From the NCBI GenBank assembly GCA_000004985.1, contig GG738860.1: a stretch of 64,000 bases of DNA; one strand, written 5' to 3'. Positions 54,016-64,000 of this stretch are shown here, piece after piece (position 1 is the first letter of the stretch; each line of letters opens with the position of its first letter). The position numbers and the translations under genes are program-made. This DNA comes from Naegleria gruberi. Taxonomy: Eukaryota. Under the pieces are notes generated by a model. It saw nothing but the letters and a program-made list of their open reading frames with translations, was not told where the DNA came from and made no database searches.

Positions 54016-55926
54016 ATGTTTAGACAAGCTTGTTCTTCATTGCTCTCATCATCTTTGCCAACAAAAACAACAAGAGCAAATTATTATTACAATAGGAGAT
54101 TGAATAATTCCTCTCTATTGAAATCCATCATTCAATACAATACCTTCTCTACATGTCTCTCACAAAATAATGCCTCGGAGAAGAAAACCAAATCATCAGC
54201 AGCAGCAACAACAACAGGAGGATTAATTACAACACCAATTTATTATGTAAATGGACCACCACATATTGGACATTTATTTACAACTATCCTCTCCGATTCC
54301 ATCTATTTGTACCATAAACAATTGAAGAATCGTCATGATATGATCTTTTCCACTGGTACTGATGAGCATGGTAGTAAAGTGCAAAGAACAGCCATTAAAA
54401 ATCTTCCCAATCAAAATACTTTGGATGATGAAACTATTAACAAGTCGTGTGTTGAATTTTGTGAGAAAATTTCTGAAACATTCAAGACCATGATGAAGGA
54501 TTTTAATATTCAATATACTCACTATTTAAGAACAAGTGCCACAAGGGAACATAGAGAAACAGTGGAAAGAGTTTGGAAGGAATTGGAAAAACGAGGAGAT
54601 ATTTATTTGGGAGAATATCAGGGATGGTATTGTACTACTGATGAAGCTTTCACAACAGATATTGAACAAGTTAAAATTACCAATGAAAAGGGAGAGGAAG
54701 AATTAGTGACATTGAGTAAAGCTTCAGGAAATAGATGTGAATTCGTGACTGAAAAGAATTATAAATTCAGATTGAGCAAATATATGGATAGAATTCAACA
54801 ATGGTTGGAAGAAAATCCAAATACAGTCAAACCAAAGGAAAGATACAATGAATTGATGGAATTAATTAAGAAGGAGAAGGAAAGAAGTCCAGAATCTCTC
54901 GATTTAAGTATTTCTAGAACAAGAGATCGTGTACAGTGGGGTATTCCAGTTCCAGATGATTCGGAACATACAATTTATGTTTGGCTTGATGCTTTGACAA
55001 ATTATCTTACTGCTGGTTCCACTCTCGCTAATGAATCACTCAATTGGCCACCAACTGTCCAAATTATTGGAAAAGACATTCTCAAATTCCATGGTATTTA
55101 CTGGCCTGCTTTTTTGATGGCTCTTGGAAAGGAACTTCCTGAAACCATTCTTGTTCACTCATATTGGCTTGTCAATGATGTAAAAATGTCCAAGTCTTTA
55201 GGCAATGTTGTATCACCATATGATTTGTTGAATCAAACTGGTGTTGAACATGACTTGTTACGTTACTATTTATTGAGTGAAGCTGTACTCAGTAATGATA
55301 GTAGTTTCAGTATGGTTAGATTCCCTGTTAAGGTGAATGAATTGGCTGATATTTTCGGAAATTTATTGACCAGAGCTTTTAATAAGAAATTCCATGCTGA
55401 AGAGGGAGAAATTCAATACAGAAATCTTCAATTTGATTGCCCTAATGCCGAACAAAATCCAAATCAAACTGCTCAAGAACTTATTGAATTACTCAATGAT
55501 TTACAAGAACAAGTTAGAAATGCCTATGAAGAAAGATGTGAAGTGAGATTTGCCAATCTTGCAGCCACAAAGATTTTAAAGAAGTGTAATCAATTATTTG
55601 ATGAAGTTAAACCATGGATTCTTGTTAAGGATGCAGTGGCTAATGCTCAACAAATTGAGGAGTTAATGTTTCTTGTTGCTGAAACTTTGAGAAACTGTTC
55701 TATTGCCCTTTACCCAGTTTTACCTCACAAGATGAATCAATCATTGAGCTTTTTCAATCAGTCCACACCATTGTTGGAAGATATTGGTTTCTGTAAGAAG
55801 GGTACTTCTATTCGCGTCAAATCCAATCCAGAAATCCTTTTCAAAAAGATAGAGGAAGTAAAACAACAAGAACATTCATCAAGAGGAAGAGGAAAGAACA
55901 AGGAAAAGAATGCTGAAAAGAAATAA
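54016..55926 (+). CDS. Methionyl-tRNA synthetase, mitochondrial type (single-exon, 636 aa, N-terminal presequence)
   Basis: The HIGH motif is PHIGHLFTTILSD. The KMSKS motif is VKMSKSLGNVVSP. The N-terminus MFRQACSSLLSSSLPTKTTRANYYYNRRL is presequence-like. Confidence 0.9.
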   Translation: MFRQACSSLLSSSLPTKTTRANYYYNRRLNNSSLLKSIIQYNTFSTCLSQNNASEKKTKSSAAATTTGGLITTPIYYVNGPPHIGHLFTTILSDSIYLYHKQLKNRHDMIFSTGTDEHGSKVQRTAIKNLPNQNTLDDETINKSCVEFCEKISETFKTMMKDFNIQYTHYLRTSATREHRETVERVWKELEKRGDIYLGEYQGWYCTTDEAFTTDIEQVKITNEKGEEELVTLSKASGNRCEFVTEKNYKFRLSKYMDRIQQWLEENPNTVKPKERYNELMELIKKEKERSPESLDLSISRTRDRVQWGIPVPDDSEHTIYVWLDALTNYLTAGSTLANESLNWPPTVQIIGKDILKFHGIYWPAFLMALGKELPETILVHSYWLVNDVKMSKSLGNVVSPYDLLNQTGVEHDLLRYYLLSEAVLSNDSSFSMVRFPVKVNELADIFGNLLTRAFNKKFHAEEGEIQYRNLQFDCPNAEQNPNQTAQELIELLNDLQEQVRNAYEERCEVRFANLAATKILKKCNQLFDEVKPWILVKDAVANAQQIEELMFLVAETLRNCSIALYPVLPHKMNQSLSFFNQSTPLLEDIGFCKKGTSIRVKSNPEILFKKIEEVKQQEHSSRGRGKNKEKNAEKK

Positions 55927-55945
55927 TATATCAGATTCAGTAAAT

Positions 55946-58900
55946 TTATTGGTTGTTTGAAAGAACAAAGTAGCTGTTTCTGCACTTGACAGCAGCCTTT
56001 CTGACCTTTCTCTTCTTATCGTCCAAGCATGCTTCTAAACCTTTAATAATGTCCTTCTTTAAAGGATAAATTTCATAATACTTGTATCCGTTAGTGAGCT
56101 CCAATAATGCCTCAACTGAGAGTATTCTTACTGCTTGGGATTTTTTGAATTTACAGGTATCAAGAAGGATTGGAACAATTGATGACAAGTGGACAGACAT
56201 TTCTTCCTTGGCATCTGATAATAAAGTTAAAGTAGTCTTGATTGCTGCATACAATAAATCTTCCGAATTATTGTCTTGCTCTATCAGAATTTGCCTCATT
56301 TCCAAAAACTTTAAAACAATAGGGAAAATATTCTTAACCTCACTGAGAATAACCTTTGTTGGCACATTATGAATTAAATTAGATAATGCTAAAAGAATGG
56401 AGCCAATGATATGTGGTTGGGTTACTGTGTTAATAGAGTCCATCAACTTTCTCACATTGGTGGCAAAGAAACGTTGTTTGTACAAGACTTGAATAATGGC
56501 ATGATTTTCCTTGTGGATGGATGTTTCATCCTCTCCAATAGCAATCAGAAAACCTTCAGCAACCTTCTTATTAACCTTTGAACTATTATATTCAAAGACG
56601 AGAGAACCACACAACAATGAAGAGTACCTGTCTGCGTGAGGAACATAGGCTCCTCTCATGACCAATCCTTTCAAAATCCACGATACCATCTCAATGTATC
56701 TTTCAGCACTCTCACTATCTCCATTATATACGGTAAGCATTTGTGAAAAAGCATCAAACACTGTGGCATTACAAATTGTAATCAATTGTTGGAATTCAGT
56801 AGAATCCAAAGGCAACTTGTTTAATACTGAACCAACAAGTTGGGCAATACATTTGGTGACCTGGCTAGGTTGTTCTCCCTTCAATGCCATTTGTAATAAA
56901 GAATCCGTCATTGTTATCAAATTACCCATTCCAACAGTTGGTCTGCATGCTATTACAATAGCAGATAAAACTGAAATAAAGTTTTTAAGTCCAGTGCTAG
57001 GAACTGAATTGGCATATTGTAAAACACTATCCAGTACAACTTGTTGTAATTCATTTTCCAAAGATCTACCCAATAAAAGTGTCAAGAAGGAGAAATTTCC
57101 TTGATTGTGATGAACATGTGCACATTCTGAATCACTGCAATCCATTGTATCAGAATCGTCAACCATTTGTGAGGATGAATCAGTAACTGACATTTTAACA
57201 ATTCTTTGAATATAAGAAACCTTATCATGGGCTGGTATCAGTGATACGTCCAACGAGGTAATAGTCTCAAAAACTTTCACTCTCTCGTGCTCATAATGAG
57301 ATTCAGAAATTGGAATGCTTTCAATTCTCTCGAATAGTCTATGTGTAATGGAAGGTGTCATGGATGGACATACCTTTCCAACTGCTGAAATATTAGAAAG
57401 AATACGATTAATATGTTCAGACTTATTTTCACAACCATACAATGCACCGAAAAGTGGTACCAAAATATCTTCGCTAACAATATCTGGAGCATATTTGTAA
57501 ATCCAAGCAATATCCTTAATGACTCTTTCCTTATACTCTTCCAGTGAAGTGGCATGCAGTAAACTGAAAGATTTGTTTTCTTCACCGTACGATTTGAGGA
57601 GTATCCTTGAAACATAGATATCCCTCAACAATGTAGATGGTATTCTGAAAATGGCAATTCTTGAAATAGTTTCGACCATGACTAGGATCATTTCCTTGTC
57701 ATTCTTTGAAAATTCCTCTTCATAAATGGATAAAAATACTGTCTGTACTTGGCTAATAAGATTGAATACAACTTCTGGAAGTTGATTCTCACCTTTTTGT
57801 TCTGCAACAGCTTGCAAGAGTTGTGTTATCATGAGTAAACTTCCATATAACTTATCCTTGGTATCAGATTCACTCAGAGTAGCAACCAATTCAGGCATTA
57901 CTCTATTAAATACCATCATGGAAATTTCAAATGTTGGAACAGCGCAAGCATAAATCATTCTGGCATATTGAGCTGCAAACTTTGGTTCTTTTGACTTGAG
58001 TTCCAATAGGGCAGTACGTAAAATAGCTTCAATATTTGGAATGTCAAATGGTTTGTTACTTGGATCGTTTGGAATGATAACTATTCTTGCAATCTTGGTG
58101 ATGGATTCATAGCACTTCTTCATGACATCCATAGAGTTGGTTTTGACTGATTCAGCCTTGATGTATGACCAAATTTCTGTCAAATATTCTCTACTATTTA
58201 CTTCTCCAAATTTCTCAATGCAATAACACAAATAGTCCAATGTCTCTAACTTGGTATCGACGAGATCACTAGAAAGCTTTTCCAAAAGGAATGGAAATAG
58301 TGTAGGTGCAAAGAATTTGTTGCACCCAAAACAAAGTTTCAAACTCCTAGATAAATCCTCTCTGGTTATTCCTCTTGTATCATTTGCTGGTGGTGTATAG
58401 GTAATTGGGAAATAACAACTAGTAATGTCAAACAAGTCATCAGATACTGCTGATAATATTTTAGAGCTCAGTTCAGAGTCATCAAATATAGCAATAACTT
58501 TAGGAATCAAATTGAAACAGTATAATAAATTGCCAGGATCTCTTTCACCTTCCAATGATTGAATAAAACCATTCAAAAAGTCAATTGTTCGAACAATGGA
58601 AGGAAATCTGTCTGCCAATAGAGAAAACCATTCAAAGCACAAACTTCTAGTTTTTGTTGCATGAGCCACACCTGAAGTACTTCCAATTGATTGAATATTG
58701 ACATTTTCAAAGAATTGAAGAACTACATTAATAGCTTGCTCACTTGAAATGTATGAACTCCACTTTTTAAATAAAGAAAACAAGCATGGTAATAATGTAG
58801 CTAGACAATCAAAATCATAAAATCTATCACCAATAAATCTCAAAAGACTTGCTACCAGCTTGAGTTGTGTTGTTTGTTTTGTTTCATCAGTTTCACTTCC

Positions 58901-59158
58901 TACATTATTTGGTATATTTTCTAATATCAAATCCAAGACAGCATAAGCTGCTCCTCTAATTCGATCATCAGTAGCATGATTCAAGTATTCTCCCAATAAT
59001 TTAATTCCTTCATTGATCGTTAATGTTCCATTCACTACAAATTCTATTAATTTACTTTTAAGAGACTCCTTGTTGGTGTTCGGAAGAGTTGGATTGCACA
59101 AACTATCAATCAGTGAAATCAATTCTTGTTCTCCATTGCTGTTGGATGATGTTTGCAT
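55946..59158 (-). CDS. MMS19: MMS19 (cytosolic Fe-S assembly targeting complex / nucleotide excision repair protein) homolog, 1070 aa HEAT-repeat protein
   Basis: ...FLNGFIQSLEGERDPGNLLYCFNLIP...LFDITSCYFPITYTPPANDTRGITREDLSRSLK... aligns to human MMS19 FTFGFIQVMDGEKDPRNLLVAFRIV...LFEVTSCYFPIDFTPPPNDPHGIQREDLILSLR. The C-terminus ...LDDKKRKVRKAAVKCRNSYFVL aligns to ...LDDKKRLVRKEAVSARGEWFLL. Confidence 0.9.
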   Translation of the reverse strand: MQTSSNSNGEQELISLIDSLCNPTLPNTNKESLKSKLIEFVVNGTLTINEGIKLLGEYLNHATDDRIRGAAYAVLDLILENIPNNVGSETDETKQTTQLKLVASLLRFIGDRFYDFDCLATLLPCLFSLFKKWSSYISSEQAINVVLQFFENVNIQSIGSTSGVAHATKTRSLCFEWFSLLADRFPSIVRTIDFLNGFIQSLEGERDPGNLLYCFNLIPKVIAIFDDSELSSKILSAVSDDLFDITSCYFPITYTPPANDTRGITREDLSRSLKLCFGCNKFFAPTLFPFLLEKLSSDLVDTKLETLDYLCYCIEKFGEVNSREYLTEIWSYIKAESVKTNSMDVMKKCYESITKIARIVIIPNDPSNKPFDIPNIEAILRTALLELKSKEPKFAAQYARMIYACAVPTFEISMMVFNRVMPELVATLSESDTKDKLYGSLLMITQLLQAVAEQKGENQLPEVVFNLISQVQTVFLSIYEEEFSKNDKEMILVMVETISRIAIFRIPSTLLRDIYVSRILLKSYGEENKSFSLLHATSLEEYKERVIKDIAWIYKYAPDIVSEDILVPLFGALYGCENKSEHINRILSNISAVGKVCPSMTPSITHRLFERIESIPISESHYEHERVKVFETITSLDVSLIPAHDKVSYIQRIVKMSVTDSSSQMVDDSDTMDCSDSECAHVHHNQGNFSFLTLLLGRSLENELQQVVLDSVLQYANSVPSTGLKNFISVLSAIVIACRPTVGMGNLITMTDSLLQMALKGEQPSQVTKCIAQLVGSVLNKLPLDSTEFQQLITICNATVFDAFSQMLTVYNGDSESAERYIEMVSWILKGLVMRGAYVPHADRYSSLLCGSLVFEYNSSKVNKKVAEGFLIAIGEDETSIHKENHAIIQVLYKQRFFATNVRKLMDSINTVTQPHIIGSILLALSNLIHNVPTKVILSEVKNIFPIVLKFLEMRQILIEQDNNSEDLLYAAIKTTLTLLSDAKEEMSVHLSSIVPILLDTCKFKKSQAVRILSVEALLELTNGYKYYEIYPLKKDIIKGLEACLDDKKRKVRKAAVKCRNSYFVLSNNQ

Positions 59159-59286
59159 TTTTTTGATTTTGCAAACAATGGAAGTCCGTGTTATTCTTTC
59201 ATGATTGTGCTGTACACAAGGATTTGAACAACATTTAAAGGTTGAATATTTAGGAAGCTATTGAAATATAATGTATTGAATTTTAA

Positions 59287-60600
59287 TTAAAAGGTTTTTG
59301 GAGTTAATTCTTCATCATCTTCCTCAGCACTTGCTTTCTTCTTCTTTTTCTTGGAGGCTTTCTTCTTTTTGGTGCTTGTAGATGCTGGGGGTTGAATAGC
59401 AAGAGAAGACCATTCATCACCTTGCACTTCTACAGTTTCGTGAAGTTGCTCTTGAGGTGATGTTGGAGAATCTGTAGGTGCTACAACAGGTGTTGTTATG
59501 TCTGTAGTGATGATGGCTTCACTTTCAGTGGTTATTGATTGTTCTTCTGTTGTTGTTGGAAGGGTTGGAACACTATCTGTTGGATCCATACTTGGTGCTT
59601 CTTGTTGCTCTGGAATTGTTGTGGATGTTAATAATTCATTTGTTGTGCATTGAATAGTTGGAGATGATTCCTCTGTTTTAGCTTCTTCTTGTGGAGTGAC
59701 AGGTTGTTGTGTTTCTTCTTCTTCTTGAATTGCTACTGGTTGTTCTGCTTCTACTTGTTGTTTTGGTTCATCCAGGATGAGTGGAGTAGAATTGGCCACT
59801 GTCAGAATGGTATTGTTCTTACCACTGACACTTCCATTATTACTTGATTGTCCACTCTTATTAGAGACATTGGCAACACTAGCAGTGGTACTCTTATTTG
59901 AAGCAGTGGCAACTTGTGCTTCGGAAGTTGTTGATTTTGATGAAGAAATGGCAGCTACTGTTGAATCTGTTACATTTGAAGGAGGATTTGATGTTGGTTG
60001 TACTGGGGAGGAAACAGCTGGAGTTGTTGCAGTGTGGAGTGATGAAATTGGTTGTTGAGGTTGTGTGGTAATGTTTGAAGGACGTGGTTGTTTTCTTGCT
60101 CCTTGTTGTTGAGTGTTTAGTTGTTGTACAAGTGGCACACTCACAAAATGGTTTTTCAATATCCGAATACTGTCTGAGAATATCCAAGGTGTGTTTGTGT
60201 TTATAGATTTACAGGCTAAGATCGCATAGTCGGCATCATAGATCTTTTCATTTACTTTCTTTGTTTTTAACATGTTCTGTTATTGTACAATAATATTTCC
60301 AATATTTTAATATAATATATAATTATTATTATAAAATAGATTATTGTTCAATAAAAGATTAATCCACAACAAACTTCCTACCTTTTGTTCAACCATCATT
60401 GGTACCTTTGTTCTTACGTGCTCCACAATTCTATACATTCCTACACTCGGTTCATTCATGATGTGATGAATATTCGAACTCCAAATATCACATAAATTTA
60501 AAACTGATTGTTTGGTATCAAGATCAAGAAAACGATCCGTAGAATCAGCAAGGGTTGGCACTGATCCCTTGTAGATTTCTCCTCTTGGTTGTCCTCTCAT
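59287..60600 (-). CDS. Hypothetical protein with a small N-terminal domain and a long Ser/Thr/Pro/Gln-rich disordered tail ending in a K-rich acidic segment, 2 exons (60382-60600, 59287-60279)
   Basis: Exon 1 (MRGQPRGEIYKGSVPTLADSTDRFLDLDTKQSVLNLCDIW...MMVEQK) joins through a GTAGGA...aacag intron, in phase, to NMLKTKKVNEKIYDADYAILACKSINTNTPW.... No family recognised. Confidence 0.4.
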
Positions 60601-60699
60601 TTTTTAATATGAAAGATTTTTTGAGTTTTCTTTTAAGGGTTGAAACAATAATGTGTAGTAATAATGTGTATTCATTAACTACATTTTGAATTCAGTTTA

Positions 60700-63399
60700 T
60701 TACAAGATAACACAACCACCTCCTCCACCTCCACTGCTACTGGGTCTTGGGATGTTATTAATTTGAGTTCGGAGGTCTTGATTTTGTCTGGTTAGTTCAT
60801 CGAATTTTCTTTGAAATAATTCCTCCTGATTAGAATATTTGGAATGTATTTGAGCAACTTGGGAAGAGTATTCTTTCTTAATTTCTGTTTCTTTTTTGTC
60901 CCATTCCAATTTGAAATGGTTGAGGTCTTGTTCATGAGCTTGTTGCTGCTCTATTAAGGTATGTAAATGTTTTTCATTTTGCAGTTTCATATCTTCTAGT
61001 TCTTGTAAACGAGTAAGTTGTTCTGATTCGAGTTTGGTAATTTCAAGCCTTTGTTGTTCTTGTTCTAACATTTGTATTACCTTTTCGGATTCGTAATCCT
61101 GTAATTTGGATAAATAGTTAGCACATTCGACAGTTAAATTCTCAATATCTTGCAAAAGGTAAGTTCTAACTTGCTCTCTACCTGGACCTTTGCATTGAGC
61201 TTCGAATTGTTTCATTTGTCTTTCAGCCTCTTTCTCTAAATCTTGAACTGTGGCATCGTGGGTTAAAGCTCTAATAAAGAGTGATATATTTTGTTTCATT
61301 TCGGATCGTACTTGCTCGCACAACCTAACAGATTTGTCCATATTGTTACTTTCTATTTGGGATCTCTCTTTTTTAATTAATTCAAACAACTTGTCAGAAT
61401 ATTCTCTCAATATCTTTTCATCTTTTTCAAACATGGAGTCTCTGTTGAATATGTCAAGAATTGTTGCCCATGTTTTTGTGTGTTGTTTACGGATTTCACA
61501 AATTTCATAAATACTGTTACTGTTCAAATGTTTCTTCATTTCCCTTTCGTATAAATTTACACATTTTTCAATTGTCTTATTGTAGGTATTTTCAATTACC
61601 ATTGTAAATTTGTCCTCAATATTAGGAATCATTCCATGTGTTTTAATGGTTTTCAAATATAATAATATTAAAGTAACATAGCGAGTTCCATCTAATAAAC
61701 CTCCATTCATATTTTGTTTTGGTTTAATATTGGATGGAACGAAACTGTTAACAAAAGTAGACATTTCCTTAATGAAGTTAGCATTCAGTAAATGTTCTAC
61801 GTATGGAATATCAGGAACACAACCTGTAGCAGGTGCTTCCATATGATATGTATCAAAAGTTTCAAAAGATTCAATTACTTTTTTTCTTGAATCATTGTTG
61901 CAAACCTTATTCAAAATAAAGGAGGTAAGAGTCTTAAATTCAGCTGGTATATTCAATTTGAAATCTCTGAACAACCAAATACATCTTGGTTTCATATAAC
62001 TATTGCACTCCGTATTGTTTTGATTGGATGATTTCAATTGAATGTTTTGAGTGAATCTGGTGGTAATTTCAAGTGTCTCCATACTACTTGCTGTAGGACA
62101 AGTTGTGGTATTATAAATAAACAGAGATGATAGTAATACACTTAGAATCATAATGTGATTATCATCAGAAGCGTTAGCAGATGCTGCATCAACACCTTCA
62201 GTGTCTATCAATAAAACTTTCAATTTCTGATTGCCGTAGACCATTTCAATTGGCTCTGACCATATCCAAATTCCAAATGTTTTAGCTTCTACTGTGTGTC
62301 CTAAATGAAAGCTATCTGCAGGAACATTATCACCAACTAATCTACTAAGAGAGTATGATTTACCTTCCCTTGTTCTTCCAGCAAGTACAATTGCTCCAAT
62401 AGGCTCCTTGATATTTTTGATTATGTCAAGAGCTTGTTTCTGGAAGATTAAACCCTCTCTACGTCCGTTCTCTGATAACAGAATGTATTGACCATTGGGA
62501 GTGACCACCATATTTTTAGGAAGTAAGAGAGGAATTGCTTTACCGTGGAGTTTAACAACTTGAAAAGCAGGGTTTTGGGATGAGTTGTCTCCAGCAAATA
62601 CTAAAAGACCCCAATCGCCAAAATAATCCACGTTAACAACAATATTGTTTTCCATACAGAGGTAAATACTTTGATTTGTTGTAATATTTTCTCCAACATG
62701 ACATTGTCCATAAATGGTAAAGGTAGCATAATTTTTTTGATAATAGCCATTCTCAACTTCAAATCTATTAACATTTGGTGAAAGTACTAACTTTCTATGG
62801 ACTCTTGAAGAATAGATAAATACTGTATCTCCAGATTTAACAATACCATCTTTTGATTGATCATTAGCATTTACAAAATACAGTAGATCGTTTTCAGCAG
62901 AAAAGTGAGGGAGAGCTACTAATACATTTTGCTCCTTCAATCCCACATATAGATTGGTATTTGAGTTCATGATGGCTACTGGCTCTTTGTAAAATAAATT
63001 AGTATCTTTACACTTTTCAACAAATGGATCAAATATGCTATCTGAAACTAAATCAGGGTCTGCTTCCATTTCTTTAAGAATATCCTTTGAAGAGTTTGGT
63101 ACTTTGGAATCATTATCTATGGGTTGATCAAAGTCCATGTCAAGATAACTGAATGATTCGGCCAAATCTTCGAGACTATCATTAATAGCTTTTCTTTCTG
63201 AAGTATGAATGAAAGTGTAATATTCAATGGCGTCTTCAAGATGACCCATGCTATTTTGGATGGCTTCAAACACTAAATTCAAATCCGACAAATCCATTTC
63301 TATCATTCTCCAGAATGTTGAGGTGGCTAAATCGCAAGCTTCTTTTCCATACTCCTCAAAGTGTTTCTCGATTTTATCCAATACTGTGTGGTGATCCAT
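60700..63399 (-). CDS. Guanylate-binding-protein (GBP)-like dynamin-superfamily large GTPase with a ~330-aa N-terminal extension, a helical/coiled-coil C-terminus and a C-terminal CaaX box (CVIL)
   Basis: The G1 motif is LAGRTREGKSYSLSRL (GBP: GxYRTGKSYLMN). G3 is KVLLIDTEGV. The G4/RD motif is IWLFRDFKL. A long helical domain follows, ending ...PRPSSSGGGGGGCVIL*. Confidence 0.75.
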   Translation of the reverse strand: MDHHTVLDKIEKHFEEYGKEACDLATSTFWRMIEMDLSDLNLVFEAIQNSMGHLEDAIEYYTFIHTSERKAINDSLEDLAESFSYLDMDFDQPIDNDSKVPNSSKDILKEMEADPDLVSDSIFDPFVEKCKDTNLFYKEPVAIMNSNTNLYVGLKEQNVLVALPHFSAENDLLYFVNANDQSKDGIVKSGDTVFIYSSRVHRKLVLSPNVNRFEVENGYYQKNYATFTIYGQCHVGENITTNQSIYLCMENNIVVNVDYFGDWGLLVFAGDNSSQNPAFQVVKLHGKAIPLLLPKNMVVTPNGQYILLSENGRREGLIFQKQALDIIKNIKEPIGAIVLAGRTREGKSYSLSRLVGDNVPADSFHLGHTVEAKTFGIWIWSEPIEMVYGNQKLKVLLIDTEGVDAASANASDDNHIMILSVLLSSLFIYNTTTCPTASSMETLEITTRFTQNIQLKSSNQNNTECNSYMKPRCIWLFRDFKLNIPAEFKTLTSFILNKVCNNDSRKKVIESFETFDTYHMEAPATGCVPDIPYVEHLLNANFIKEMSTFVNSFVPSNIKPKQNMNGGLLDGTRYVTLILLYLKTIKTHGMIPNIEDKFTMVIENTYNKTIEKCVNLYEREMKKHLNSNSIYEICEIRKQHTKTWATILDIFNRDSMFEKDEKILREYSDKLFELIKKERSQIESNNMDKSVRLCEQVRSEMKQNISLFIRALTHDATVQDLEKEAERQMKQFEAQCKGPGREQVRTYLLQDIENLTVECANYLSKLQDYESEKVIQMLEQEQQRLEITKLESEQLTRLQELEDMKLQNEKHLHTLIEQQQAHEQDLNHFKLEWDKKETEIKKEYSSQVAQIHSKYSNQEELFQRKFDELTRQNQDLRTQINNIPRPSSSGGGGGGCVIL

Positions 63400-63625
63400 C
63401 TAAATAGTTTTTTGTTGTTGGGTTGAAAAATTCTAAATTGTTTTCTCTTTTAAATTGCAAGCACCATCCGTTTTAATCAACAAAACGTGATTGTAGACTC
63501 AAATAAGTAACACTCATCACGTTTTACTAAACGAACAATACAACAGGGCGATCACGTTTCAGCATTTTTTAATATTTTTATTATTTTCAATTTTAAATTA
63601 AATGTGTTTAAATAATTATATTTAT

Positions 63626-64000
63626 TTACAAAATATTACAAAAACCAGATGATCTATTATTCATATTTGCAAGACTACTGGTTAGATTAGAAATTTGTCT
63701 TGAACTATCAGCAGATTGTTGTTGTAAAACATTAATCATTTGAGTCATTCTTTGTTCGGATTGAGCTTGCTGTTGAGTAAACATTTGATTCATATTTTGG
63801 AGATTTTCCTTATGTTCAAAGAGGAGTCTTTCTTGGAGTTCTTGCATTTTCTTCTTTTCATCATTTGATGCAGCAAGCATTTCTTTTTGGAATTCTTTGA
63901 TTTTGTCCATTGTTTCCTTGTATAATTCTTCTTTGGCTTTTTCAGATTGTTCGAGGTTTTCTAATTGCTGTCTGACTTTTGCAGTTTCTTGTTGGATGGC
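63626..64000 (-). CDS. Coiled-coil protein ending in a CaaX box (CNIL), 3' end only. The ORF continues beyond the window edge. Possibly the C-terminal part of a second GBP-like gene
   Basis: The frame stays open upstream to position 64000 (…AIQQETAKVRQQLENLEQSEKAKEELYKETMDKIKEFQKEM…). The terminus is ...RSSGFCNIL*, in the same orientation and style as the adjacent GBP-like gene. Confidence 0.5.
   Translation of the reverse strand, partial: AIQQETAKVRQQLENLEQSEKAKEELYKETMDKIKEFQKEMLAASNDEKKKMQELQERLLFEHKENLQNMNQMFTQQQAQSEQRMTQMINVLQQQSADSSRQISNLTSSLANMNNRSSGFCNIL

Noticed and set aside
1-64000. Prokaryotic interpretation (operons, CRISPR, IS elements, sigma-70 promoters, rho-independent terminators)
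   Set aside because: Spliceosomal introns with GTAAGT donors and phase-consistent acceptors are present in many genes. The tRNA has a Pol III oligo-T terminator. The proteins are eukaryote-specific (importin-beta, WASP, MMS19, SIN1, histone tail). No CRISPR repeats or transposase ORFs were seen.

Overview
This window is eukaryotic nuclear DNA, not prokaryotic. About 36 protein-coding genes sit in 64 kb, many interrupted by short (about 45-110 nt) GTAAGT/GTATGT...YAG introns. There is one Pol III tRNA gene and two runs of N (assembly gaps at 33395-33444 and 42454-42943). No CRISPR arrays, operons, rRNA or IS elements are present. Intergenic DNA is strongly AT-rich while coding DNA is roughly 35-42 % GC. 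The intron style, a DUF4246 gene, a class-VI-like 7TM-RGS receptor and a YqjM-type old-yellow-enzyme gene point to a gene-dense, AT-rich early-diverging fungus (Mucoromycota/Glomeromycotina-like). That placement is inference and uncertain. Genes I could recognise from the translations are: a long-chain acyl-CoA synthetase, an LYR protein, RRP1/Nop52, importin-beta, a full-length WASP, a TALE homeobox protein, a BRCT protein, a 7TM-RGS receptor, a mitochondrial carrier, protein-L-isoaspartate O-methyltransferase (PIMT), SIN1/Avo1, FKBP12, tRNA-Ser(GCU), an AMMECR1 fragment, a START-domain protein, DUF4246, an AADAC-like esterase, PTH2, a WD40+coiled-coil protein, an AGC kinase, an OYE flavoprotein, mitochondrial MetRS, MMS19 and a GBP-like GTPase. 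The most unusual items are: (i) an F-box/ankyrin protein whose N-terminus is a near-perfect copy of the histone H3 tail (residues 1-26); (ii) a single polypeptide carrying two TALE homeodomains; (iii) a PDK1-like kinase fused to a WD40 propeller; (iv) a GBP-like dynamin-family GTPase with a ~330-aa N-terminal extension and a CaaX box, followed by a second CaaX-ended coiled-coil gene running off the window; (v) a 1138-aa protein carrying a 2OG-Fe(II) oxygenase signature. Exon coordinates were worked out by hand and are exact for the importin, homeobox, WASP, PIMT, carrier, kinase, FKBP and DUF4246 genes; the other multi-exon genes are given as spans only.
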